Positions 9,414 to 18,546 of a DNA stretch of 41,177 nucleotides are shown here, piece by piece. The stretch comes from a virus. Lineage: Duplodnaviria; Heunggongvirae; Uroviricota; Caudoviricetes. The notes under the pieces were generated by a model. The model did no database searches, was not told where the DNA came from, and saw nothing but the letters and a program-made list of their open reading frames with translations. Location: the IMG/VR virus record IMGVR_UViG_643886067_000001, positions 1-41,177 of that record; one strand, 5' to 3'. A program made the position numbers and the translations under genes. Each line of letters opens with the position of its first letter. Positions within the stretch are counted from its first letter, which is position 1.

Positions 9414-9659
9414 TTACATCATCATGTCGCTGTCAGGTGTGGGTTCACCGCCATCTGAAGCACTCCCGTCACCCGCGATACCTTCCGGCTCCGGAACCGC
9501 TGGTACGCCCAGCAGCTCATCCAGAATGGCATCCACTTCTGCATCAAGACGCGCCTCAAGGTTCTGGCGGAGTTTCTGTTTCAGTGCACTCCGGACTTCT
9601 TCAGAGCGCAGGACTTCCTTCACTGCCTCAGCAGTGACCAGGGATGTGATTTCTGACAT
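9414..9659 (-). CDS. Hypothetical acidic protein
   Basis: 81 aa from ATG 9659 ([17 protein letters not shown]...); weak ribosome-binding site. Confidence 0.35.
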   Translation of the reverse strand: MSEITSLVTAEAVKEVLRSEEVRSALKQKLRQNLEARLDAEVDAILDELLGVPAVPEPEGIAGDGSASDGGEPTPDSDMMM

Positions 9660-9696
9660 GGGATTTTCTCGTTGAAAGGTGTTGTCAAGAAAGTGA

Positions 9697-9879
9697 CTAC
9701 GGAATGAGCGGATCTTCGGGTTTGCTTCCGGCTGACTGACTGGCGCTGATTCTCTCAGCGGCCCTTTTATCAATCTGCCTGCGCCAGAAATCGCGCACTG
9801 CCCTGTACCCACCCGAAAGAAGATACATAACACAGACTGCCGTACAGAAGTACAGCATCACCTGATGAATAAATGTCAT
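9697..9879 (-). CDS. Hypothetical small membrane protein
   Basis: 60 aa with one N-terminal hydrophobic helix; weak ribosome-binding site. Confidence 0.25.
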   Translation of the reverse strand: MTFIHQVMLYFCTAVCVMYLLSGGYRAVRDFWRRQIDKRAAERISASQSAGSKPEDPLIP

Positions 9880-10014
9880 AATTTCTTACCGTTATGGTTG
9901 ACAATGAGAACTGTTTTCATTTAAAAAACCGATATACGAAAGCATCTTTTCTTTACATTCTCCATTGGAATTACCTCCGCCAGCGTCCATTCCTGCCGCT
10001 GGCGGCTTTTTTTA

Positions 10015-11976
10015 TCATGCCGCGATGTCCGCGTTGTTCACTTCCACCTTCACACTGTCAATCAGCAGCGTATATGTCGCCGCCTTTGATATGCCTGTCA
10101 GTTGCAGTTTGTCCGCCGCCCCTGATGCCGGAGATTTCACCAGTGTGAACGGCGTCCCCCGTTTCTCATCCAGTACCGGCGTCACCTGAATGCTGTTGTT
10201 TCCGGCAAACTCAAAAGCCAGTGTGTGCCATCCGTTATCAAAGACCCCGAACGTATCCAGCTTCGCATTCGGCTTCTTGTGGTGCATCGCGTTCAGGTTC
10301 GTCGCATCCGTCTGCAGGAAGAAGGACATCAGCATGTCGTTGCCTTCCTCTGCCAGCGTCACTCCCTCCGGCAGGGACGACAACTGCCAGTAAATGCCCA
10401 GGGCAAACTGATTCGGCACCAGTGAACCCGGCAACTTAAACCGTACGCTCACACGTCCCCCCTTCTTCAGTAACTCCACTCCCTGTCCGGCTGCATCATG
10501 CTCCAGAAACCAGATGTGGTTTTCCGGTTTATTCAGTTGCAGGGCCTTACCTCCCGTAGCCCCCGCATCACTGACCACCGCTTCAGCAATGTTTTTGTTA
10601 ACATTGTCTCCGCTCGCCGGTTTGTGATAATAGCGCCAGCCCTGTGATGCCAGGTCTTCGCCGGACGCCAGCAGACTCATCAGGGTTCGGTTACTGACCG
10701 GGGCTTCCGGCTCTCTCTCCGTACCTTCACCGGAAGGTCCGGTGGGCTTCACCGTATCAGGCTGTTTTCCGGTAATGAATTCAGCGTTTCTCCCGGCATG
10801 CACAAGAATCGCCGTTGCCAGACGGTCGGAAATAATCCCACGACGTGCCCATGATCCAAAATGCGTTTTACGGTCAGCCGTCGTCCAGGTTTTGGCGTCC
10901 GTTCGACCACCGGCTCCGTAATACCCAATATCCGCAACATCCGGATCTTCTGACGGCTCGTTGGTACCCACATTTCGCCCGTTTTCATCCGTCATAAACG
11001 GCACAAAGAAGATTTTTTTTGCGGATTTCGTCTTGTATGCACCATACACCGCATCGTATTGCGAAGAATAAGTCTGCTTCCAGTAGTAGGTCGTGTCGCC
11101 ACAAATCCAGGGAACCGATGACGGAGAGCCCCCGAGACACTGACCTCCGAATTCCGACAGGTCAGAACGATATTTTTCCACCATGGAATCAAACAGCCCC
11201 GGCTGAGTGGCGTATGCACCCTGTTTCAAATCAAACTCGCCCTGCATCCAGACCACTGCAAGCAGAATATTTTTAGGGTTGGCCTTCAGTGCGGCCTGAG
11301 TACGGGTAAGCAGGTCCTTGTACAGTGGCTTATCTACACCCCAGCGTGCCGAGGTCTCGCTTGCGCCGGTGGATTCGCTGAAGGTACCTTCATCGCCCGC
11401 CAAAAATGCAGAACCACCACGGCAGCACGGAACCAGAAGAATACCGGCATTCGCCGGAATAAACGGCAACAATTTCTTCGCGATATGTAATCCCTGCCCC
11501 ACGCATCCATACTGAGCTGCGCTGGCTTTCGGGTGTGAAAACTTACTCAAATCCTGAACATCATGCAGGCAGTGGTCCGCAGGAATAATGTCATTGTAGT
11601 TACAGGACGCACCACCCGGCGTGACAGTGCTGCGACGCGCCAGCTGTTTAATACGCGGGTCCGGACGGTCATATGTCTCCGGCAGCGGAAGCCCTTCACC
11701 ATACGCCATACCGTTTGACTGCCCGGCCAGGGCAACAACAAAGTAATACTCCGGGTTGCTGGTGGTGCTGATAACTGCGCCTTCTCCATCCGACGGCTTC
11801 ACCACCACAGGTGTGGTGACATCACCTTCCGCCGCAATGGCCTGCATCAGGGTATAAGGCGTGATGGCCACCGGACTGCCAAATGGCTGCCACCCCTCCT
11901 TCAGTTTTTGTGTCAGTCGTTTCGCAAGGTCTGACGGCGATGCCGCCCTGACCACGTCATAGTGTTTAAATGCCAT
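10015..11976 (-). CDS. nanS-p: Prophage sialate O-acetylesterase NanS-p (DUF1737 + SGNH/SASA hydrolase + C-terminal domain)
   Basis: 653 aa; N-terminal DUF1737-like MAFKHYDVVRAASPSDLAKRL; SGNH motif ALAGQSNGMAYGEG; strong GGAGG site; sits between the tRNAs and the lysis cassette as in EHEC prophages. Confidence 0.85.
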   Translation of the reverse strand: MAFKHYDVVRAASPSDLAKRLTQKLKEGWQPFGSPVAITPYTLMQAIAAEGDVTTPVVVKPSDGEGAVISTTSNPEYYFVVALAGQSNGMAYGEGLPLPETYDRPDPRIKQLARRSTVTPGGASCNYNDIIPADHCLHDVQDLSKFSHPKASAAQYGCVGQGLHIAKKLLPFIPANAGILLVPCCRGGSAFLAGDEGTFSESTGASETSARWGVDKPLYKDLLTRTQAALKANPKNILLAVVWMQGEFDLKQGAYATQPGLFDSMVEKYRSDLSEFGGQCLGGSPSSVPWICGDTTYYWKQTYSSQYDAVYGAYKTKSAKKIFFVPFMTDENGRNVGTNEPSEDPDVADIGYYGAGGRTDAKTWTTADRKTHFGSWARRGIISDRLATAILVHAGRNAEFITGKQPDTVKPTGPSGEGTEREPEAPVSNRTLMSLLASGEDLASQGWRYYHKPASGDNVNKNIAEAVVSDAGATGGKALQLNKPENHIWFLEHDAAGQGVELLKKGGRVSVRFKLPGSLVPNQFALGIYWQLSSLPEGVTLAEEGNDMLMSFFLQTDATNLNAMHHKKPNAKLDTFGVFDNGWHTLAFEFAGNNSIQVTPVLDEKRGTPFTLVKSPASGAADKLQLTGISKAATYTLLIDSVKVEVNNADIAA

Positions 11977-12158
11977 GAATCCTCCCGGCCGGGATAATAT
12001 TGTGAGTAAAATAAGGAGCGGGCTGAAGTCCGGAAGTTACAGGACAATGGCAGAAGAGAGACGACAGCCCGCAATTCGAAAAAGACCGCGCAGTTGCGCA
12101 GCCTTATGAATTCTGGTTAAAATCCATTCGATTATAAAAATGTATATCTCATGCTGTT

Positions 12159-12183
12159 GCCCGAACCCACTCGGGCTTTTTTT
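12159..12183 (+). terminator. Plus-strand intrinsic terminator-like hairpin
   Basis: GCCCGA-acccac-TCGGGC followed by TTTTTTT. Confidence 0.4.
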
Positions 12184-12184
12184 G

Positions 12185-12440
12185 CCCACAAGAAAGCCCC
12201 TCCGGAGAGGGGCTAAAGCCGCGTATCTGTATCATCATGCACATGGTGCCGGGTGCCTCCCGGTGAGTTCAGCCCGGTGCCACTAAACCCGCGTCATTCT
12301 CGTTTTGATAATCAGAGATTATACCGTCACCAGTCGCCCCTCCGCTCAGGGGGATTCACCATGCGAAATTTTTTTAACAAATGCCCAGTCTGACAGGCAA
12401 CTGTCAACTTACTGAATTGTGAGCAACATAGCATTTAACG
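12185..12440. repeat. Structured non-coding direct repeat, copy A
   Basis: Shares with copy B: hairpin AGCCCCTC-cgga-GAGGGGCT, GCATGGTGCCGGGTGCCTCCCGGTGAGTTCAG, CCCCTCCGC(T/A)CAGGGGGATTCACCATGC, CAAC(T/A)GTCAAC, CTGAATTGTGAG. Confidence 0.5.
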
Positions 12441-12674
12441 GGGAACCTGTTTTCTGCAGTAAAAAGGCCCACCGGAGCGGATGGGCCTGGAAGGATAGCG
12501 GTCATGTGATGCCGGTTTCCCGGTAACTCAGCACCGGTATCTGAGTCAACGTTTTCTCTACTGGGTCATTTCCGATACGCCCTGCCTGCTGACAGGCTTT
12601 CATCACATCTGAAAATATAGCACCCTGACTGATACTGTAGTACCTAAGGTTCCAGAAACTGTGATGTATCCGGC

Positions 12675-12920
12675 ACAGAAAAGCCCCTCCGGAGAGGGGC
12701 TGGAGAGTGGCACTATGTGCCATTGCATGGTGCCGGGTGCCTCCCGGTGAGTTCAGTATCAGCACCTGAACCCGCACAGAAAGGATAAGGGTCGGTGACA
12801 AAACACCAGTTGCTGATTGCCCCTCCGCACAGGGGGATTCACCATGCCAGTTTCTTTTAACAAACTCCCCGCAAACCAGACAACAGTCAACCGCCTGAAT
12901 TGTGAGGTATTTAAAAATTT
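12675..12920. repeat. Structured non-coding direct repeat, copy B
   Basis: Second copy of the same blocks ~490 bp from copy A; sequence between the conserved blocks diverges. Confidence 0.5.
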
Positions 12921-12941
12921 CAACGGGTAACTGATACCCTG

Positions 12942-13094
12942 CTAATCGCCTGATGCTTTCTTTTTCAGCAACGGGAAAGCAACAACCACCACACCCGCCA
13001 CCAGCACACCGTCAGCCAGCACTGACATTATCCGGCTGCTGAAGTCCACCATCACCACCAGAAACAGCAGGAGCGCAACCACAGCCAGACGCAT
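12942..13094 (-). CDS. Putative 50-aa hydrophobic membrane peptide
   Basis: MRLAVVALLLFLVVMVDFSSRIMSVLADGVLVAGVVVVAFPLLKKKASGD; ATG 8 nt after the TerB-like stop; no clear Shine-Dalgarno. Not in ORF track. Confidence 0.3.
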   Translation of the reverse strand: MRLAVVALLLFLVVMVDFSSRIMSVLADGVLVAGVVVVAFPLLKKKASGD

Positions 13095-13102
13095 TTTTAC
13101 CG

Positions 13103-13534
13103 TCACAGATGATTCTCCAGACGAAGGCCCAGAACACCGGCAATCTCTTCCAGCACCTTGCGCTCTTCCGGCTCTATTTCGCCGTCTGCTTCGGCAATGG
13201 CCACCGCCACATCCAGCACGTCTTCCGCTTCACGCGTATCGTGTTTCACATCCTCGATCTCACGTAACGCCGCACGACGACCAATTTTAAAGTTCGTATC
13301 CAGCTGACCGATAATGGTTGCGCTAATCGCATTAATTTCTGACGTAAACGCGGACAAGGTGGGCTGGTTACGTAATACCTGTTCGATCTTCGCTTTCTCG
13401 GAAGCCTCACATTCACCATCGGCATAAGCCACCAGGTATGCAGCGTTAATCACTGCCTGTGCCAGATCGCGTTTTTCAAACTTTTTAATTTCCGCAGACG
13501 CTCTGCGGGTTTTCTTTTTGAAGATTCCAAGCAT
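13103..13534 (-). CDS. TerB-like (tellurite-resistance TerB fold) protein
   Basis: 143 aa from ATG 13534 (AGGA upstream); two ADGE-containing repeats (AYADGECEASEKAKIEQVL, AEADGEIEPEERKVLEEIA). Confidence 0.6.
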   Translation of the reverse strand: MLGIFKKKTRRASAEIKKFEKRDLAQAVINAAYLVAYADGECEASEKAKIEQVLRNQPTLSAFTSEINAISATIIGQLDTNFKIGRRAALREIEDVKHDTREAEDVLDVAVAIAEADGEIEPEERKVLEEIAGVLGLRLENHL

Positions 13535-13704
13535 TGTGACGTTCCTTTGGGTGGGTGAGCCAACGCCCGGGAGCGATCTGCCCACAGAGAAAGTCACACT
13601 GACCACTCCGTAAGCTCACCCCCGAAAGGCTCTGTGGTTGATATGCGCCGGGCGTGGCGCGGATACAAAAAAGGCCCGCAAAAGCGAGCCGGGAAAAATA
13701 AGTC

Positions 13705-13781
13705 TGGCGCGTTGTACTGGATTCGAACCAGTGACCGATTGCTTAGAAGGCAATTGCTCTGTCCGGCTGAGCTAACAACGC
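13705..13781 (-). tRNA. argO: tRNA-Arg (anticodon UCU)
   Basis: 77 nt; hand-folded cloverleaf GCGTTGT-TA-GCTC...GAGC-A-ATTGC-CTTCTAA-GCAAT-...-TTCGAAT-...-ACAACGC-G-CCA. Confidence 0.8.
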
Positions 13782-13795
13782 AGAATGCCGATAAA

Positions 13796-13872
13796 TGGAC
13801 CGCCATCGAGGACTCGAACCCCGCGCAACCAGCTTCGAAGGCTGGCGCTCTATCCCGATGAGCTAATGGCGG
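13796..13872 (-). tRNA. argN: tRNA-Arg (anticodon UCG)
   Basis: 77 nt; cloverleaf with anticodon loop CTTCGAA, T-loop TTCGAGT, 3' CCA; unusual C1-G72 acceptor pair. Confidence 0.7.
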
Positions 13873-13881
13873 TATGTGATA

Positions 13882-13957
13882 TGGTGGCCCTTGCTGGATT
13901 TGAACCAGCGACCTGGCGATTATGAGTCGCTCGCTCTCACCACTGAGCTAAAGGGCC
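13882..13957 (-). tRNA. ileZ: tRNA-Ile2 (anticodon CAU, lysidine type; a scanner would call Met)
   Basis: 76 nt; near-identical in pattern to E. coli ileX (GGCCCTTTAGCTCAGTGGT...CTCATAA...TTCAAAT...GGGCCACCA). Confidence 0.8.
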
Positions 13958-13997
13958 GGGCGCAGGATAATAACGGTACGTAACTAATCCTGCAATA

Positions 13998-15056
13998 TCA
14001 TCCGTTCTGACTGGCTAAATCCTGAACTTCCCTGACCGTCTGTTCAAAACGTTCAGTCTCCAGCTCAACGCCTGTAGCACGACGCCCCAGCGCCATCGCG
14101 GCTTTGACTGTCGAACCCGACCCCATGAAGAAATCTGCAACCAGGTCACCCGGACGACTGCTCGCACTGATTATCTGCTGCAGCATTTCTGCCGGTTTTT
14201 CGCACGGATGTTTCCCGGGATAGTACTGCACCGGTTTATGCGTCCACACATCCGTGTACGGCACCTGCGCCGTCACGCCAAAATACCGCCGCAGATGCTT
14301 ATATTCACTCTGCAGTTCCGCATACTGCCGGTTCAGTGAAGTATACGTCTCCAGCAGCTGGTGGTGGGGCTTTTCCAGTTCACCCCGCTGATGCTTCTCT
14401 TCTGCCACCCGGGCAAACAGCGCCTGTAATTTCAGATAATCACTTTCGTTCGGCAGCTGCCACTGACTGGCACTGAACCAGTGCGACACCATGTTTTTCT
14501 TTCCTGTGGCATCCACTATCTGTTTTGCCGTTATCCCCAGGGCAGCGCGCGCATCACGAAAGTAAGCAATCAGCGGGGCCATCACATGCTGTTTCAGTGC
14601 CCTGCCCTTCGCCTCATACCCGGCATCTTTCGGACGATACGGCCCCTGATAATGTTCCGCGAACAGAATGCGCTCTGTGGCGGGGAAATACGCCCGCAGG
14701 CTTTCCTTGTTGCACCCGTTCCAGCGTCCGGACGGCTTTGCCCAGATAATATGGTTCAGCACACTGAAGCGTTCACGCATCATGATTTCGATATCAGATG
14801 CCAGGCGATGACCACAGAACAGGTAAAGACTTCCGGCAGGTTTCAGCACCCGCCAGAACTGCGCCAGACACTGGTCCAGCCACTTCAGGTAATCATCGTC
14901 GCCCTTCCACTGGTTATCCCAGCCCTCAGGCTTCACTTTAAAGTACGGCGGGTCCGTGACTATCAGGTCAACAGAATTTTCGGGTAACGACCGGATAAAT
15001 TCCAGGCAGTCGGCGTTGATTAACTCACAACTGGATATTTTTACAGTATTAAGCAT
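13998..15056 (-). CDS. Orphan DNA methyltransferase (N6-adenine/N4-cytosine class)
   Basis: 352 aa; motif IV TDPPYF near N-terminus and motif I FFMGSGST near C-terminus; no adjacent restriction endonuclease. Confidence 0.85.
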   Translation of the reverse strand: MLNTVKISSCELINADCLEFIRSLPENSVDLIVTDPPYFKVKPEGWDNQWKGDDDYLKWLDQCLAQFWRVLKPAGSLYLFCGHRLASDIEIMMRERFSVLNHIIWAKPSGRWNGCNKESLRAYFPATERILFAEHYQGPYRPKDAGYEAKGRALKQHVMAPLIAYFRDARAALGITAKQIVDATGKKNMVSHWFSASQWQLPNESDYLKLQALFARVAEEKHQRGELEKPHHQLLETYTSLNRQYAELQSEYKHLRRYFGVTAQVPYTDVWTHKPVQYYPGKHPCEKPAEMLQQIISASSRPGDLVADFFMGSGSTVKAAMALGRRATGVELETERFEQTVREVQDLASQNG

Positions 15057-15206
15057 GGATCATTAAACCTGTCTCTGATAGGCTCATTCTGCTTTTGCGC
15101 AAAGCAGTGGGCCTGAGGTTTGCTTGTGATCCAGACGCATGAGCAGATGGCTGGTGAGTGCCCCTAACACCCACCAGCCGCCCATTTACCACAAATAAAA
15201 AAGCCT

Positions 15207-15404
15207 TCAGGACTGAAGGCGTCTGTAACAACCAAACTGATAGTCTGCCAGACCCGCCATAACCAGCTGGGTCAGTATTAACTGGCAGCGTTCGCGTGAA
15301 AGGTAAGTATTCTGCGCTATCTCCCCGACTGTCGCCGGTTCGGTAACGCTTAATTCATTAAACACCACTCTGGCGGTTTCTGTCATATCCTGCTGTTTTA
15401 GCAT
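15207..15404 (-). CDS. Hypothetical small protein
   Basis: 65 aa from ATG 15404 (AAGGGA upstream). Confidence 0.35.
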   Translation of the reverse strand: MLKQQDMTETARVVFNELSVTEPATVGEIAQNTYLSRERCQLILTQLVMAGLADYQFGCYRRLQS

Positions 15405-15519
15405 GTCTTTTTCCCTTTTCCGGTTAACGTGACACACCAATAACTCTTGTCGAAAAAGCCAGCAAGCTGAAAGACAGGTATTCACCGCCACCAGCGCGTT
15501 TACTGTACTGACGCGATTT

Positions 15520-15548
15520 CAGTCATAAAAAACCCGCCAGGCGGCGGG
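15520..15548 (-). terminator. Intrinsic terminator downstream of Q (candidate tR')
   Basis: Minus strand CCCGCC-gcct-GGCGGG followed by TTTTTTAT, ~80 nt after Q stop. Confidence 0.45.
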
Positions 15549-15630
15549 GTGTAAAAAATCTTCTAACGTCAGGCATAAAACGCCCATCGTTAGAGCAAAT
15601 TTACCACAGATTCGGGAAAAATCAACAACA

Positions 15631-16452
15631 CTATCGCGTTACCCTCTTTAACTGCCGCTCCGCCCATGCCTCTTCAATGTCAAACCGAACCACCAACGTA
15701 TCGTAAAAGCGTTTCACTGATTTTTTCCACGTATCAAGCGTGATAGCACTCGTCACTTTGCATATGGCATTAAATGCCTCCGTTGATGGCAGCCTTTCAC
15801 AGCCACGACCACCACAACGCTGGCAATCTCTGATAACAGGCATACCACGTTTTACCGACTCTTCACGATGAATGGCGACACCACGCCCACGGCAATCCTT
15901 ACAGGCGGTGGAAACCTCACCCTTTCCGCCACACTCCGGACAGGCAACTTTTACCACCTCCCTGACTTTTTTCCATTCTTCCCAGTAAGACGGATACACG
16001 CCTTTTGTGCACTTTGCCCACACTGGTGGCTTACCATCCGGATACTGGATCTTGTTTGTAAAAACCTCGCTTTCAATAAATTTTTTTCCGTGACAGCAGG
16101 GGCACTGTTTTTTGCTCGCCGCGCTACGGGCATAATCTTCAAACGCATACGAAGCCATAATGCGCATCACTACCGGTTTTATTTCTGCCGGAAGTTTTCT
16201 CAACGCCGCCACACGATCGCACCGACTGAGTGCATAATCTGCCAGTAATTCTGTTGCCCGCGCCCTGTCATTCATACTGATGCCCATTTTCCCCAGGAAC
16301 GCAGAAAACCCCATCTCAGCCCGATTCTGTGTCATGCCCTGCGCGGCCATCACATCAGTGATACTCAGCGCATCTTTTGACGTTGAGGCCGATGCATCGG
16401 TCAGGCCAGGGGATTTTGGGGAGTAGTATTTCGGTAAATCTTCCAGTTTCAT
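15631..16452 (-). CDS. Late-gene antiterminator Q-like protein (zinc-ribbon type)
   Basis: 273 aa with CPCCHG, CPECGG, CKDCRG, CQRCGG motifs; ATG overlaps rusA stop (ATGA); position between nin genes and late region; resembles QuuQ-type Q proteins (from memory). Confidence 0.65.
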   Translation of the reverse strand: MKLEDLPKYYSPKSPGLTDASASTSKDALSITDVMAAQGMTQNRAEMGFSAFLGKMGISMNDRARATELLADYALSRCDRVAALRKLPAEIKPVVMRIMASYAFEDYARSAASKKQCPCCHGKKFIESEVFTNKIQYPDGKPPVWAKCTKGVYPSYWEEWKKVREVVKVACPECGGKGEVSTACKDCRGRGVAIHREESVKRGMPVIRDCQRCGGRGCERLPSTEAFNAICKVTSAITLDTWKKSVKRFYDTLVVRFDIEEAWAERQLKRVTR

Positions 16453-16823
16453 TTTTTGACCTGCTCTTCATGCATTATGGGGTAAATCTTCACCCCCATA
16501 CGTCCACCAGATACTGGCTGACCACGAACGATATTGATTTCATCAAACTGCTCATCGTCCATTAACACTCCCGCATGCGTCAGCGCATCCAGCGGTGCTT
16601 TCAGGATATTGTCCAGGTCGCGACGACGCTTATCCGGTGGCTCTGCAATCACCTTTATCGCCAGCCTTCCGGACAGGCTTAATTTCAGCCGCTGCTGGCG
16701 AACAATAAGCGCCACAGCCCGGCGATAACGCTTTCCCTCCTCCGAGATAAAATATGTGCTGCCACGGCGTCGCCAGTAAGTGTTCACCGTCGGCGGGTAA
16801 GGTAAAACCAAATCTATGAGCAT
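16449..16823 (-). CDS. rusA: Holliday junction resolvase RusA
   Basis: 124 aa; MLIDLVLPYPPTVNTYWRRRG...RRDLDNILKAPLDALTHAGVLMDDEQ typical RusA. Confidence 0.9.
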   Translation of the reverse strand: MLIDLVLPYPPTVNTYWRRRGSTYFISEEGKRYRRAVALIVRQQRLKLSLSGRLAIKVIAEPPDKRRRDLDNILKAPLDALTHAGVLMDDEQFDEINIVRGQPVSGGRMGVKIYPIMHEEQVKK

Positions 16824-16835
16824 CAGTCACCTCTT

Positions 16836-17882
16836 TTACCCAAGCACGCCAGTTGCAAAGGCGTGATCAAGAAAACGAAAAATTAAATCAACCTGAGAAC
16901 CATGCTTTTCTTCGAACGCCAGAGGATCCGCATGAAGCTCGTTGTGATGCTCCCGACACAGCGGTAGCGTGAAAATATCGTGAGATTTTGTCCCCATTCC
17001 GCCCTGACCATGACCAATCAGGTGATGGGGATCGTCGGCTGGCTTACCACAACACGCACACGGCTGTGTCTTCACCCAGCGTGTGTATTTCTCGTTAACC
17101 CAGCGGCGACGTTTAGGTCGTTTCATGAAAGATTCCGGAGACTCAGGATCAACGGCAATGCTGACCACCGTCTCTTCCTGTGGCGGGTTTTGCTGGTGGG
17201 CGTGAGGCAGCGGCGCAAGATTTTTTGTGCGCTGCTTCAGTATGCTGGTGGCGGTCTGCTCTCCCGGTACGATGTCGCTTTCACGGTACATTGAGCGGAT
17301 TTTTTCCGCACGCAACCCCAGCGAACGACGTAATACCGCTTCCGGTAGCGCGTCCGCCACCTGATTGCGGACCGCCCACCAGGATAATTCAGCCAGCGAT
17401 AATTCCCGTTCCTGCGAGCCATTCATTGCATGGCGTATGACGTCAATCATCCATGCAGACAGGTTTTGGTGAGCAAGTTGCCCGAGTGATTCGGAGGTCT
17501 GGTCGCGCAGCTGGTTGTCGCAGTGCCAGCACAACACCATTGCGCCGGTACCATAACGGTGAATGACGGTTTCACTGTGGTGATAATCGCCGTGTGGCCA
17601 CTGGCAGGATTTAACATGGCGCAGTAACCAATCAGACAATGCGCCAGCGCCACCAGCAGCACGAATCACTCGTTCGTCGCTGAAAAATGGCAGTAATGAT
17701 TTATCCTCCGCCAGCGGCTGGCGAACGGCAGGAACGACCCCGGACGGCAGATTACGCATGCTTTTCGGTTCCGGCTCCACCAGTACCCGGGTATTGTGGA
17801 ATACCGGCATGGATTCACGGCCCGGCTTAACGATCACCAGCCCGAGTTCCGGTACCAGAACAGGTCGAAGTAATACCCGCAC
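16836..17882 (-). CDS. DUF968-family nin-region protein (start uncertain, track start is GTG)
   Basis: 348 aa; C-terminal CACCGKPADDPHHLIGHGQGGMGTKSHD...CREHHNELH cysteine/histidine-rich module. Confidence 0.6.
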   Translation of the reverse strand: MRVLLRPVLVPELGLVIVKPGRESMPVFHNTRVLVEPEPKSMRNLPSGVVPAVRQPLAEDKSLLPFFSDERVIRAAGGAGALSDWLLRHVKSCQWPHGDYHHSETVIHRYGTGAMVLCWHCDNQLRDQTSESLGQLAHQNLSAWMIDVIRHAMNGSQERELSLAELSWWAVRNQVADALPEAVLRRSLGLRAEKIRSMYRESDIVPGEQTATSILKQRTKNLAPLPHAHQQNPPQEETVVSIAVDPESPESFMKRPKRRRWVNEKYTRWVKTQPCACCGKPADDPHHLIGHGQGGMGTKSHDIFTLPLCREHHNELHADPLAFEEKHGSQVDLIFRFLDHAFATGVLG

Positions 17883-17883
17883 G

Positions 17884-18156
17884 TTACCTCCAGATGCGTT
17901 GCTGGAATGTGCGGGACGGACGCGGTGGGCGTTCGGAATAAGGGAGTCTGACGTAGATTATCCAGTGACGATAATCGAGGGTGAGGGCTTTCCTAAACTC
18001 ATATCCACGTCTGCGGTAGTTATGAATCAGCCATTCGGCCTGTTCTTCAGTACAGGGATCGTGCTGATACCAGTCATATTTGAATGCGTGAGAACGCCAC
18101 CCGTGCCTGCTGGCAAAGGCAGAATCAGAATTGCGAAATTTGAAATTATGCGCCAT
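17884..18156 (-). CDS. Hypothetical nin-region protein
   Basis: ATG 18156 with GGAG upstream (MAHNFKFRNSDSAFASRHGW...). Confidence 0.4.
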   Translation of the reverse strand: MAHNFKFRNSDSAFASRHGWRSHAFKYDWYQHDPCTEEQAEWLIHNYRRRGYEFRKALTLDYRHWIIYVRLPYSERPPRPSRTFQQRIWR

Positions 18157-18215
18157 TGTCATCTCCAATGGCGCTGCAGGTTGCCAGTTGTTCAGGCTGG
18201 CTCACGTATTATAAC

Positions 18216-18389
18216 TTATTCCCGAACTACCTTGAAACCGAGTCTTTCCAAGTATTCAATGAATGCCTCAACAGATAACACTACATGATCATCAGGAATT
18301 AACGCTGTGTAGGTAATACCCCCATTCTCAACGCGCACAGCATAGAGGCCATCTTCACTAAAAATTTCACGTAATTCTTCGATTTTCAT
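18216..18389 (-). CDS. Hypothetical small protein
   Basis: 57 aa from ATG 18389 (GGAAGGA 8 nt upstream). Confidence 0.4.
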   Translation of the reverse strand: MKIEELREIFSEDGLYAVRVENGGITYTALIPDDHVVLSVEAFIEYLERLGFKVVRE

Positions 18390-18510
18390 CAACAGAATCC
18401 TTCCAGATAAATAGCACTCCCCCTGTTCGGGGTCCATCCCTCTTCTCCCTGCGCGCTACTTAAGTATTTTTGATTCTATTCTGGCACCGTCCAAAACTTC
18501 AAACACGTTG

Positions 18511-18542
18511 AAAATAAAAACAAAAAACCCGCCGAAGCGGGT
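18511..18542 (-). terminator. Intrinsic terminator closing the two-gene cassette (direct-repeat copy 1)
   Basis: Minus strand ACCCGC-ttcg-GCGGGT followed by TTTTTTG TTTTTATTTT; the 16-nt hairpin is identical to the one at 20362-20377. Confidence 0.55.
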
Positions 18543-18546
18543 ATAC

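Noticed and set aside
12502-12801. 99-aa minus-strand ORF
   Set aside because: Spans the repeat/hairpin region, has no ribosome-binding site and a low-complexity sequence; more likely non-coding.
12185-12920. Two direct repeats considered as a possible CRISPR array or additional tRNA genes
   Set aside because: Only two copies ~490 bp apart, each ~250 bp and internally complex, with no short spacer-repeat periodicity. No cloverleaf could be folded. The GGGGGATTCAC block is reminiscent of ERIC-type intergenic repeats but this could not be verified, so they are reported only as structured repeats.
13100-13700. Shiga toxin A/B genes expected between the tRNAs and nanS-p
   Set aside because: No ORF pair with signal peptides of the right size (about 315 aa and 89 aa) exists; the slot holds the TerB-like gene, a small peptide and non-coding repeats.
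14481-14987. 168-aa plus-strand ORF (and 15868-16248, 16980-17294, 17758-18288 plus-strand ORFs)
   Set aside because: Antisense shadows inside the methyltransferase, Q, DUF968 and neighbouring genes.
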